NCBI GenBank assembly: GCA_964575235.1
Contig: CAZNQG010000002.1
Span: 1-63,841 of the forward strand
Direction: 5' to 3'
Origin: an uncultured Bacteroides sp.
GTDB taxonomy: Bacteria > Bacteroidota > Bacteroidia > Bacteroidales > SM23-62
Length of the DNA stretch: 63,841 nt
The position numbers and the translations under genes were made by a program. Under the pieces are notes generated by a model, which worked only from the letters and a program-made list of their open reading frames with translations, did no database searches and was not told the origin of the DNA. Positions 55,286 to 63,841 of this stretch are shown here, in pieces. The first letter of the stretch is position 1; each line of letters opens with the position of its first letter.

Positions 55286-55861
55286 TTAACGCTGGATGGT
55301 CTGGATTTTCACCGTATTCCCTTCCAGGTCAAAAAACACCCTCTCTTTCCGGTCGTCCTTGCTGACGTTGACGATGAAGCCCGTCGGCTCACCCGTAACG
55401 TTGTCCAGGGTTTCATAAACGTCCCCGACAACCTGCCAGCCTTTATAATCATCCCGCTGGATTACGTTCAGGGCCGGATCCGGGAGTACCGAAAGTCCAA
55501 CCATGTGGTTCATGGTCAGGATATCCCCTTCCCTGGAATATTTAGCCCGGTAATTCTGGTCATTGCTCCTGAATGCGACAATGTACACATCGGGAAGCTT
55601 AACATTGACCTGTTCTTCAGCTGGCTCCTTATAAACCAGCCACTTTCTTTTGACGGTATCGTTCCGGCCTTTCATGAATTCCTCGACCACCACTGCCGGA
55701 ACATTGTTTTCTTCAATGTAGACCTCGGCTTTTTCCTTAATGAGTTCCTTTTCCATTGCCGTTCTTACCGCATCGCCGGGAGTTCCTGTTCTGCAGCTGC
55801 TCGCCAGCAAGGCCATCAAACCTGCAATGGATATGCTCAGGTAAAAATTTGTTGTTTTCAT
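55286..55861 (-). CDS. hypothetical lipoprotein
   Basis: MKTTNFYLSISIAGLMALLASSC has a lipobox. I recognise no family with confidence. Confidence 0.55.
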   Translation of the reverse strand: MKTTNFYLSISIAGLMALLASSCRTGTPGDAVRTAMEKELIKEKAEVYIEENNVPAVVVEEFMKGRNDTVKRKWLVYKEPAEEQVNVKLPDVYIVAFRSNDQNYRAKYSREGDILTMNHMVGLSVLPDPALNVIQRDDYKGWQVVGDVYETLDNVTGEPTGFIVNVSKDDRKERVFFDLEGNTVKIQTIQR

Positions 55862-56107
55862 AACGTTTCATTTTTACGGTGAATAAAATGTCTTATAACC
55901 CTTGGCGTTGCGAAAAACGCCAACAAAGTTATATCCACCCCGGTCCTTTCTGTCCGGAAATTGTATTAAAAAACCTTAAAGTAATGTTAAGAATTCTTAA
56001 ATGATCCGGAGATGATGCGGTCATTTGCAGGGTAAAAAATCAAATCGCCACGACGTGAATGTGCCCGGATTTTTATTTCTTTACAGAATCATAGGGGCAC
56101 CGCTGCA

Positions 56108-57169
56108 ATGCACGAAAACCTGATCTTCTTTGGAATATTCCTGGTCCTGGTCCTGGGAATCCTTCTGCTCGACCTGCTGGTCATTGGACGAAAGAGCCAT
56201 GAGGTATCCCTTCGGGAAGCCGCCATCTGGAGCAGTGTCTGGATATCCCTGGCCTTCGGATTTGCCCTTCTCCTCCGGTTCCATGCGGAATACATGCACG
56301 GGATCCACGATATGGACGGCCTGATGGCCGTCACTAAGAAATTCGCACCCCATCTGAAGCTGGATCCCTCAAGCTACGGGAACAGCCTGGAAATCTTCCG
56401 CAAGGAAAGCGCGATCAACTACATATCCGGCTACCTGATCGAGTGGTCGCTATCGGTGGACAACCTTTTTGTGATCATGGCCATCCTTACCGCCTTCTCG
56501 GTAAAAAAGGCCGAGTACAAGCGGGTTCTTTTCTGGGGGATCCTGGGGGCGGTCGTGATGCGCTTCGTATTCATCTTCGCCGGGGCTGCCCTGATCTACC
56601 GCTTTGAATGGGTGCTCTATGTATTCGGAGCATACCTGATCTATGTGGGGGTGAAAATGTACCTGGAAAGGAACAAGGAAAAGAAGATCGAGCCGCAGCA
56701 CCACCCGGTTGTAAAATTCCTGTCGCGCCACTTCAATGTTTACCCCAGGTACGTCAACGATCGCTTCTTCATAAGGAAGGAGGGCGTGCTGTACATCACA
56801 CCGCTGTTCGTCGTATTGATGATCGTTGAGTTTGCCGACCTCATCTTTGCCACGGATTCGATCCCCGCTATTTTCGCGGTCACCCGCGATCCATACATCG
56901 TTTTTTTCTCGAACATCTTCGCGATCCTCGGCCTGCGTTCGCTTTTCTTCCTGCTGGTCAAGGTGGTCGAGAAATTCTACGTGCTCAGGATCGGCGTGGC
57001 CATCCTGCTGAGCTATGTGGGACTAAAGCTGGTCCTGCACGAATGGCTGGATAAGCTAGACTGGTACAAACCGGTATATTCCCTTTATGTTATTCTTGCC
57101 GTCCTGCTCGGGAGCATCCTGCTGTCCATCGTGATCCCCAGAAAGCAAACGGGAACAGAAAACGGCTGA
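56108..57169 (+). CDS. TerC/Alx-family integral membrane protein
   Basis: 353 aa, multi-pass membrane protein. EWSLSVDNLFVI and ATDSIPAIFAVTRDPYIVFFSNIFAILGLRSLFF are TerC hallmarks. Confidence 0.85.
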   Translation: MHENLIFFGIFLVLVLGILLLDLLVIGRKSHEVSLREAAIWSSVWISLAFGFALLLRFHAEYMHGIHDMDGLMAVTKKFAPHLKLDPSSYGNSLEIFRKESAINYISGYLIEWSLSVDNLFVIMAILTAFSVKKAEYKRVLFWGILGAVVMRFVFIFAGAALIYRFEWVLYVFGAYLIYVGVKMYLERNKEKKIEPQHHPVVKFLSRHFNVYPRYVNDRFFIRKEGVLYITPLFVVLMIVEFADLIFATDSIPAIFAVTRDPYIVFFSNIFAILGLRSLFFLLVKVVEKFYVLRIGVAILLSYVGLKLVLHEWLDKLDWYKPVYSLYVILAVLLGSILLSIVIPRKQTGTENG

Positions 57170-57195
57170 CCGTATGCATTGTCTTGTGAGTCTGT

Positions 57196-57471
57196 TCATC
57201 CAGTGCCTTGATCGGTGCGAAGGCACAAATACCACCGGTCCTTCTCCAGGTCATGCTTGAGGATATGCGGTCCCCCGCGGCCGGTATTTACCTTGAAGTA
57301 ATTTGAAACCGGCCATTCCGGACTGGAATCCGACTGGTACCAGCGGTCCAGGATTTCCAGTATCTCATACCTTTTCTCGCCCAGGATGAAGCTTTTCGGA
57401 TATTCATCGGCCTTGTATCCTGCATGGCACTCAACCCGGACCGGGATCATTTCTTCGGAGTTCAACACCAT
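57196..57471 (-). CDS. small hypothetical protein
   Basis: The ORF-track start at 57477 is TTG. The first ATG is at 57471 (MVLNSEEMIPVRVECHAGYK..). The gene lies 6 nt after the DUF72 stop codon. Confidence 0.45.
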   Translation of the reverse strand: MVLNSEEMIPVRVECHAGYKADEYPKSFILGEKRYEILEILDRWYQSDSSPEWPVSNYFKVNTGRGGPHILKHDLEKDRWYLCLRTDQGTG

Positions 57472-57477
57472 ATGCAA

Positions 57478-58227
57478 TTATTGTATGGATTGAACCATTT
57501 CTCTGATTTTCAAGGCATTCTTCACCGCAAAGCCGCCAAAGTCGTTGTTGAAGAAGACCCAGACCTCGCGTCCTGTACCCAGCCAGTTTACGATTTTCTG
57601 CGCAGCCCTCATCAGGTCCGGATCCGTGTAATCCGAAGCATACAGCGTTTCGCGGCCGTGGAACCGCAGGTATACAAAATCCGAGGTAACTGCTTCATGA
57701 TAAGGAAAGCGCCTGCCGGAATCCGCAATCACAAAGGCAATCTTATGCTTTCTTAGCAGATCCAGGAAATCATCCCGGATCCAGGATTTATGCCTTATTT
57801 CAATGGCGAACCGGTAGGAACTGTAATTTTCCTCGAGAAGATCGAAAAATCCGGATATCATGGATTTGTCGTAAGCCAGTCGCGGGGGGCACTGGATCAG
57901 GACCGGTCCCAGGCGGGATCCCATTCCGTCAAAAATGTCAAAATACCGTTCCAGGGCCTCCCCGCTGTCCTTCAGCCTTTTCTGGTGCGTGATGAAACGG
58001 CTCAGCTTGGCACAGAACCGGAATTCCCCGGGCGTACGGGCAACCCAGCCTTTTACGGTGGACTCTCTGGGCAGGTGGTAAAAGCTTGAGTTCAACTCGA
58101 CGCAATTGAACTTCGTAAGGTAATATTCCAGGTATTCGGCCGGCCTGATTTCTTCGGGATAGAAGACGCCGGACCAGTGCTTGTAGCTCCAGCCGGAGGT
58201 GCCTATGTATAAATTCTGATAAATCAA
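57478..58227 (-). CDS. DUF72 (UPF0759, YecE-like) protein
   Basis: YIGTSGWSYKHWSGVFYPE and ..VELNSSFYHLP.. are typical DUF72 N-terminal motifs. Confidence 0.85.
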   Translation of the reverse strand: MIYQNLYIGTSGWSYKHWSGVFYPEEIRPAEYLEYYLTKFNCVELNSSFYHLPRESTVKGWVARTPGEFRFCAKLSRFITHQKRLKDSGEALERYFDIFDGMGSRLGPVLIQCPPRLAYDKSMISGFFDLLEENYSSYRFAIEIRHKSWIRDDFLDLLRKHKIAFVIADSGRRFPYHEAVTSDFVYLRFHGRETLYASDYTDPDLMRAAQKIVNWLGTGREVWVFFNNDFGGFAVKNALKIREMVQSIQ

Positions 58228-58304
58228 TATTATTTACTTCCGGTATCTAACGCCAACCGGTGAACAAAGAAACCTATCGGGATTAACCTTATGGTGTTTA
58301 AGGA

Positions 58305-59105
58305 TCAGAATACCGAAAAGAATATGGCCGTACCCAAGCCGATCAATAACAGCCATAAGGCAATGCCAACGATTCCGCAAACCAAACCCGCCAGGGCCAT
58401 GCCCCTTCCCTCCTGTGATGGATTGGCTTTTATCCTCTTCAGGGCGATCGCTCCGAATACAATTCCCAGGGTACCCGTTGCCAATGGAAATAAGAATAAG
58501 GACACGATCCCGAGGACCAGTGCAGCAATGGCCATAGGTTTTGCCGGTTTATCACTGCTCTGTGGCAAGGCACTGTGTGCCGCAAGCATGCTTTTCCGTA
58601 AGTCTTTCTTGAATTTCCTGTTAAACTGTCTTTGCTCCCTCGGGCTGAGAAGCTCAACCGGACCGGATCTGGATTCATCCAGAACCTGCACTGCAGGAAT
58701 CGCGGGAATCCCTTGACCGGTGCTCTTCTCTGGTAAATAAAGATCATTCTTAACGGAGGCGGTCAGGGCATTGGCGACGACCCACTCATTTTCAATCCAC
58801 CCGGGTACGGAAGGAATCCGGGATATTTCAACCTTTGGAATACTTACCGGATCTTTACCAGGCAGGCTTTTTAGTTTAACAGTCTGGAAACGGTACTTGT
58901 TCGCGCTTAAGTTTTTAAAGTTCCCTTTTTTATGGGAATTACGGTTGTGCACAAGATCGTTGCGAGGACGGTTGGGCTTCCTCACCAGGAGTTTATTCTG
59001 TTCGATCTCCGGGCAGGCGACCTCCTTGAAACTGGTGCACGATCCCAATACCAGGGAGGCGATGAGCAGAACCGCAAGATGAAACTTGAAATGGATTCTT
59101 TTCAT
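58305..59105 (-). CDS. lipoprotein-signal protein with a C-terminal DUF4190-like double transmembrane domain
   Basis: The signal LLIASLVLGSC has a lipobox. The C-terminus IAALVLGIVSLFLF..GIVFGAIALKRIKANPSQEGRGMALAGLVCGIVG resembles DUF4190. Confidence 0.6.
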   Translation of the reverse strand: MKRIHFKFHLAVLLIASLVLGSCTSFKEVACPEIEQNKLLVRKPNRPRNDLVHNRNSHKKGNFKNLSANKYRFQTVKLKSLPGKDPVSIPKVEISRIPSVPGWIENEWVVANALTASVKNDLYLPEKSTGQGIPAIPAVQVLDESRSGPVELLSPREQRQFNRKFKKDLRKSMLAAHSALPQSSDKPAKPMAIAALVLGIVSLFLFPLATGTLGIVFGAIALKRIKANPSQEGRGMALAGLVCGIVGIALWLLLIGLGTAIFFSVF

Positions 59106-59620
59106 GATTCAAGTTTTTAGTTTGGTTTGGGGAAATATTATTCAAGTTAAGAAAGATTTGTTGAATAATTATGATAAAATTCCACGATATGGGTTTTAGA
59201 TGTTCACCTTGTTCAGCAGCGATACCATGTATTTAGAGGTGATCCCGGTATACCAGTAACCGGACCTGAGGGATCTTTGAATAATCCCGGAAGGTCACCC
59301 TAATACTCCATTGAAAAATGACCGATAAAATAATACCACACCTGAAACACCGGATTGTATTTTTACATAAATTCGCGGAAATAATCGCTCAGAAATGGCT
59401 GTAAATATAAGGGACAAAATGCTGATTGTCAGCAGGTTGAAAACCGTGATCCTTCCCCGGACATTTTCAGTATGCATTGAGATGTGAGTACTTTGGAAAT
59501 TGGAGCTTCGCATTGCATCCCCGGCCCGGGTGCTGGAGCCAGAAAATTCCCTGAAATTTTAATGCAAAAACAGAATGGTCTTTTCATGGCTGGTACTACA
59601 GTTATGGATAAACCGATGAA

Positions 59621-61606
59621 ATGAACATCATGAAAAAAACAACGGCAAACGCCACAAAGACCAAGAAAACCTCTAAACCTTTCATTCCTTCCCTGGGACC
59701 TGTACAAAACCTGGAAGAATACCTGCAACCCGACTGGTGGCGCAGGATCTTCAATTCCATGTACCTGAAAACAGATGCGGATGTTGTTGAAGACCAGAAG
59801 CTTACTGGCTTCGAGCTGGATCTGTTCACAAAGATCCTGGGCCTTGAACACGGGCATGCGATCCTGGACCTGGCCTGTGGGCAGGGAAGGCACAGCCTGG
59901 GACTGGCACGCAGGGGATTCAAGAATGTATCCGGGCTCGACCGATCGCATTACCTGATCCACAAGGCCAAACAGGCAAACCAGAAGGAAGGACTGAACGT
60001 GAATTTCAAGGAGGGGGATGCCCGCAAACTGCCCTATCCCACCGACACATTCGACGTGGTAATGATACTGGGGAACAGTTTCGGGTATTTCGAAAGCGTG
60101 GACGACGACGTGAAGATCCTCAAGGAAGTACTCCGTGTACTGAAACCCGGGGGAAAGTTCCTGCTGGACGTGGCGGACGGAAATTTCCTCAAGAAGAATT
60201 TCAATCCCCGGAGCTGGGAGTGGATCGGAAAAAACCATTTCGTCTGCCGGGAGCGATCCCTGGCAAGCGACAACGAGCGCCTGATATCCCGCGAGGTGAT
60301 CACCGACACCCGCAAGGGGATCATCGTGGACCAGTTCTACGCGGAACGCCTCTACACCCGTAAAGCCCTGAAGGACCTCATGAACAAGGCCGGGTTCAGG
60401 GACATCCGCATCTACGATGAATACAGGACCGAATCGGTCCGTAACCAGGACCTGGGCATGATGGAGCGGCGCATCATCATTTCTTCACTAGTGGTCAAGG
60501 ACTGGACTCCCGTCGTGAAAAAGGCACCGGCGGAATTGAAGAACGTGGTCGTGCTCCTGGGCGATCCCAGGAAAGCGGATATCATCAAACCGGAAGCCGT
60601 CTTCGACGAGGATGACATCGAGACCATCAACCGGCTTAAGGCTGCCCTGAAAAACCTGGAAGGCTACCGGTTCACCTACCTCGACAACCACGACAACTTC
60701 ATCCCGGATCTTCTGAGGCTGAAACCGAAGACCGATTTCGTCCTGAACCTTTGCGACGAGGGATTCAACAACGACCCGAAGCGGGAACTGCACGTGCCGG
60801 CCATGCTGGAGGCCCTGGATATCCCCTATACCGGGTCCAATCCACAGTGCCTGGCCTTCTGCTACGATAAGTCCCTGATCCGCGGGATCGCCAAGGAAAT
60901 GGAGATCCCGGTCGCCGACGCGATCTATATCAACCCGGTGGACAATGTATTCGAGATCGCCATCGATTTCCCGGTCCTGGCCAAGCCCAATTTCGGGGAT
61001 TCCAGCTTCGGCATTACTCAGAAAAGCGTGGCCCATACGGTGGAGGAACTCAACGATGCCATACTGAAGGCCCGCGAACAGTTCGGTTACGACAAGCCGG
61101 TGCTGGTGGAGGAATTTCTCACCGGGAAGGACCTTTCCGTGGGCATCATCGGCAATCCCCCGGAATCCTACACAGTACTGCCCATCGTCGAGGAAGACTA
61201 CTCCCGGCTTCCGAAGCACCTTCCCCGGATCTGCGGGTATGAGGCTAAGTGGATGCAGGATTCCCCCTATTTCAAGCTGCTGAGGTCGATCCGGGCGGAA
61301 CTGGAGCCGGAAACCGAGAAACGGATCATCGAATGGTGCCTGAAACTGGCCGAGAGGCTGGACTGCCGCGACTACACCCGCTTCGACTGGAGGCTGGATG
61401 CAACCGGCGTCCCGAAATTGCTTGAAGTCAACCCGAACCCGGGATGGTGCTGGGACGGTCACCTGGCCAAAATGGCCGGTCTGAAAGGTATGGATTACTC
61501 CGCCATGCTGGGACACATCCTCGCAGAAGCCGAGCAGAGGATCAACCTGCCTAGGATTAACCATGTCAGGGAAAAACAGGCGGCCGTTTACAACCACCAG
61601 GTTTGA
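59621..61606 (+). CDS. fusion of a class I SAM-dependent methyltransferase and a D-Ala-D-Ala ligase-like ATP-grasp enzyme
   Basis: The N-terminal half has ILDLACGQGRHSLGLARRG (motif I) and VLKPGGKFLLDV. The C-terminal half has Ddl-like blocks (LEALDIPYTGSN, DKSLIRGIAKEMEIPV, FPVLAKPNFGDSSFGI, VLVEEFLTGKDLSVGIIG, LLEVNPNPGW). Confidence 0.8.
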   Translation: MNIMKKTTANATKTKKTSKPFIPSLGPVQNLEEYLQPDWWRRIFNSMYLKTDADVVEDQKLTGFELDLFTKILGLEHGHAILDLACGQGRHSLGLARRGFKNVSGLDRSHYLIHKAKQANQKEGLNVNFKEGDARKLPYPTDTFDVVMILGNSFGYFESVDDDVKILKEVLRVLKPGGKFLLDVADGNFLKKNFNPRSWEWIGKNHFVCRERSLASDNERLISREVITDTRKGIIVDQFYAERLYTRKALKDLMNKAGFRDIRIYDEYRTESVRNQDLGMMERRIIISSLVVKDWTPVVKKAPAELKNVVVLLGDPRKADIIKPEAVFDEDDIETINRLKAALKNLEGYRFTYLDNHDNFIPDLLRLKPKTDFVLNLCDEGFNNDPKRELHVPAMLEALDIPYTGSNPQCLAFCYDKSLIRGIAKEMEIPVADAIYINPVDNVFEIAIDFPVLAKPNFGDSSFGITQKSVAHTVEELNDAILKAREQFGYDKPVLVEEFLTGKDLSVGIIGNPPESYTVLPIVEEDYSRLPKHLPRICGYEAKWMQDSPYFKLLRSIRAELEPETEKRIIEWCLKLAERLDCRDYTRFDWRLDATGVPKLLEVNPNPGWCWDGHLAKMAGLKGMDYSAMLGHILAEAEQRINLPRINHVREKQAAVYNHQV

Positions 61607-61678
61607 TCCATGGATATGTGGATTGCTGTCTGAAGCCCGGTCAGGAAGATTTCCGTCTCTTCCTTTCGGGGTGCATAA

Positions 61679-63052
61679 CTAATCAACCCTGATCTTGCGA
61701 ACGACGGCATCCGGCCCGTTACCCAGCCGCACCAGGTACAGGCCTGGTCCTGCCGGACGGAACACGATCCCATCCTCTCCGCCGGTTTTCCCCTGCATGA
61801 CCACCCGGCCGAACAGGTCGAACACTGCAATGTCCATTTCACGGTCCGGACACGGGAGGATGTAAATCCGGCCCGGGACCGGATCATAATGTACCTGAGT
61901 TTCCGGAAGGAAACCTGCCGGGGAAATGCCTGTAAAATCGGGTGCGTACATCCCCCCGACCCCTGAATACTGCAGCACGACCCTTTTCAGGTAATCCAGG
62001 TCGGTATGCAGAACGTTGTCGTATACGTAGCCCAGTGAAGCGGTGCATTCGTTCGGGTATGGGTAAGTGTTAGAACAATCCACCTCCCGGTTGTCGATCC
62101 GCTCGGCGAAGCCGTCGGAGCTGGCAGAACGAACGGTGTTCTTCGACTGTTCGTAATAATTCCTCTCCACCCGGATGCAGGCCCCGATGCGGGTGTCCAC
62201 GCAGGAACCCAGGGCCTTAAAGACGTAATTGTTGAAAACATGAACGACGCTCCCACGGCACATGGGAAGGCGGGAATTGATGTTCTCGTAACGGTTGTGA
62301 TGGTAAGTGACCTTCCGGTCCTCGTAAAGGTCCGCATCGTTCGACCCCATCAGGTGCACCTTGTAATGGTCGTGAAAATAACACCAGGAAATGGTGATGA
62401 ATCCGGTCTGGTGCTTGATATCGATCAGCCCGTCGTAAAGGTCCTTGTTCGGCTGTACGGCGGGGTCCTCGGAGTACAGTTCGCAGTGGTCGATCCAGAT
62501 GTTCCTGCTGGTATTCTGGATGGAAATGAGGTCCCCCCCGTTGACCAGGATCTGGGCCCGGCCCTCGTCGCCCAGTTCGCTGTAGATCCCCGGAATGTCG
62601 TGCGAACCTTCCGGTATGGCCTCGGCTATGCTGATAAAGGATATCCGTATGTTCTGTATAATGACGTTCGACCCGCCTGCCAGTTTAAGTCCCACACCAT
62701 CCAGGAAGGCCGAGCTGTCCATTCCGACGATGCTCTTGTTCGACCCGACGGTGACCGAGCCGTCGTAGGTGCCGGCGGCCACCGAACCGGACCCCCTGAT
62801 GGTGCCGCTGACCTTGATGATGTAGGGATCGGTCGCCTTTTCGGCATAGTTTTTAAGATCCGCGTAGTTGCTGACCACTACCTCCGCGCCCCCTTCGCCA
62901 CCGGTTGTCCCCCCGTTCAGGGTGGCAAAACCGGCCAGGGAAAAATCGGGGCGCTGGGCCGCCGCCGGTTTCACTGAAAACAGAACCAGCAGGCAGATCA
63001 ATGGATACTTTATTGCTTTCATAGCGGGATGATCTTTATGGTTAACATCCAC
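61679..63052 (-). CDS. PL1-family pectate lyase with a T9SS C-terminal sorting domain
   Basis: GFATLNGGTTGGEGG, WIDHCEL, DGLIDIKH and RLPMCRGSVVHVFNN are PL1 hallmarks. The C-terminus ..GLYLVRLGNGPDAVVRKIRVD is CTD-like. The likely start is MKAIKYPLI at 63022. Confidence 0.85.
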   Translation of the reverse strand: MDVNHKDHPAMKAIKYPLICLLVLFSVKPAAAQRPDFSLAGFATLNGGTTGGEGGAEVVVSNYADLKNYAEKATDPYIIKVSGTIRGSGSVAAGTYDGSVTVGSNKSIVGMDSSAFLDGVGLKLAGGSNVIIQNIRISFISIAEAIPEGSHDIPGIYSELGDEGRAQILVNGGDLISIQNTSRNIWIDHCELYSEDPAVQPNKDLYDGLIDIKHQTGFITISWCYFHDHYKVHLMGSNDADLYEDRKVTYHHNRYENINSRLPMCRGSVVHVFNNYVFKALGSCVDTRIGACIRVERNYYEQSKNTVRSASSDGFAERIDNREVDCSNTYPYPNECTASLGYVYDNVLHTDLDYLKRVVLQYSGVGGMYAPDFTGISPAGFLPETQVHYDPVPGRIYILPCPDREMDIAVFDLFGRVVMQGKTGGEDGIVFRPAGPGLYLVRLGNGPDAVVRKIRVD

Positions 63053-63183
63053 AAATGTAAGTTATGGGAAACGGTCCAGTCTGCAACATTTGTGTCGAGA
63101 ATTATAAGGTTTATTGCACAAACCGGAACCCTGCCGGCCGGTCAGCCCTTATAAATTATACAGCGGTATTCCATATTTACATT

Positions 63184-63841
63184 TCACCGGGTGATCATGA
63201 ACCGGGCGGAGCGTGTCCGGACCGGATGGTCTGGGGATTCGGAGAACCAAGCCACGAAATGGTAGATGCCCGCCGGAAGTTCACCCACCGGCAGGCTTAC
63301 CGGGCCCTTGTGAAGGTCGGGATCAGGCACGAAAACCTCCCTGACCCGCCGGCCCGATGGGTCGTAAATACTCAGCATCGCCGTTCCGGTTTCGCCCGGG
63401 AGGATTACCCGGATCCATTCCCCCGCCGGGTTCGGATATATTGCAAGCTCCATCGTTCCATCCGTAAGGATCTCCGCGTAACCCGCCGGCGGCGTGGAAT
63501 CGGCCGTGAAAGTCCAGACTCGACCCGGTGTAGTCCCGCTGTCGTTCACCTCGTCTATGCGCCAGTAATAGGTGACGGCCCGTTCCAGTTCGCCAGGGTC
63601 GTAAGAGTCATCGGTAAAGTTACCAGCAAATTCCGGCGGGTATTCGGTACCGAAATACACATCGTGGGATGTCGCGAGCCATCCGCTCTTCCAGGAAAGC
63701 ACCTGGTCGACGGGGACCATGTGCACACCGTCTGCGGGCACCGGCTTCTCAGCCGGCAAGGGCTGGCCGTTCCGATACAGGGCGGTCAGGGTATATGTAT
63801 TTGAATAACGCGAACTCATGGTATCGTTGCATGCCCTGACC
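63184..63841 (-). CDS. partial gene (5' end outside the window): secreted protein with a T9SS C-terminal sorting domain
   Basis: The frame stays open to the window edge. The tail reads ..ELAIYPNPAGEWIRVIL..GIYHFVAWF... An LSWKSG..SHDVYFGTE...YYWRIDEVN module occurs upstream of the CTD. Confidence 0.6.
   Translation of the reverse strand, partial: VRACNDTMSSRYSNTYTLTALYRNGQPLPAEKPVPADGVHMVPVDQVLSWKSGWLATSHDVYFGTEYPPEFAGNFTDDSYDPGELERAVTYYWRIDEVNDSGTTPGRVWTFTADSTPPAGYAEILTDGTMELAIYPNPAGEWIRVILPGETGTAMLSIYDPSGRRVREVFVPDPDLHKGPVSLPVGELPAGIYHFVAWFSESPDHPVRTRSARFMITR

Noticed and set aside
55902-55923. Perfect 8-bp hairpin TTGGCGTT-GCGAAA-AACGCCAA between the lipoprotein gene and the TerC gene.
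   Set aside because: It has no adjacent U-tract on either strand and no gene ends nearby, so it cannot be supported as a terminator or assigned a function.
55924-56107. Possible yybP-ykoY (Mn2+) riboswitch upstream of the TerC/Alx-family gene.
   Set aside because: I could not find the conserved GGGGAGUAG and UUGACAUA..AGACC elements. There is only a loose ATCCGG...CCGGAT pairing followed by TTTTTATTT. A covariance-model search (Rfam RF00080) would settle it.
1-63841. Search for rRNA, tRNA and CRISPR arrays, and for tandem repeats.
   Set aside because: Reading through the window, I saw no tRNA-like T-arm/acceptor patterns, no rRNA-like segments and no regularly spaced direct repeats. The CTAA-rich stretch near 41761-41790 is simple low-complexity sequence.

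Overview
This 63.8-kb window is from a Bacteroidota-type genome. The evidence is a SusC/SusD pair, a hybrid two-component regulator (HTCS), four T9SS C-terminal sorting domains and TAnnTTTG -7 boxes. It has three parts. (1) 1-16.6 kb is AT-rich and carries an anaerobe-type redox / radical-SAM cluster. It encodes a Tat-signal aldo/keto reductase-ferredoxin fusion, two radical SAM enzymes (one AmmeMemoRadiSam-type), a 1428-aa double BcrAD/HgdC-type activase fusion and a Nox/CoADR-like flavoprotein. It also encodes a KaiC-like P-loop protein, a short MBL-fold protein, and DUF134, DUF169 and TsaA-like proteins. Several gene relics sit among them (VOC, YggS, IS1595), and a T9SS-secreted SGNH esterase ends the block. 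A 16-bp palindrome ATGAAC-N4-GTTCAT occurs at all three promoter regions of this cluster, which I consider the most interesting signal in the window. (2) 16.7-51.2 kb is a roughly 30-kb co-directional polysaccharide utilization locus (PUL). It holds three GH127/DUF1680-type enzymes, GH51, GH27, two Cys-type sulfatases, two sortilin/BNR propeller paralogs and one large uncharacterized secreted protein. It also holds SusC/SusD, an HTCS, a sulfatase relic and a CE8 pectinesterase. Its base composition is visibly mosaic. (3) 51.2-63.8 kb holds an AT-rich AbiEi/AbiEii toxin-antitoxin islet with an AAG/Mpg-like hypothetical protein beside it. It also holds housekeeping-type genes (nitroreductase, TerC, DUF72, DUF2905, DUF4190), a methyltransferase/Ddl-like ATP-grasp fusion, a PL1 pectate lyase and a partial T9SS cargo gene. 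I saw no rRNA, tRNA or CRISPR array. All family assignments come from motif recognition by eye; no database search was run.
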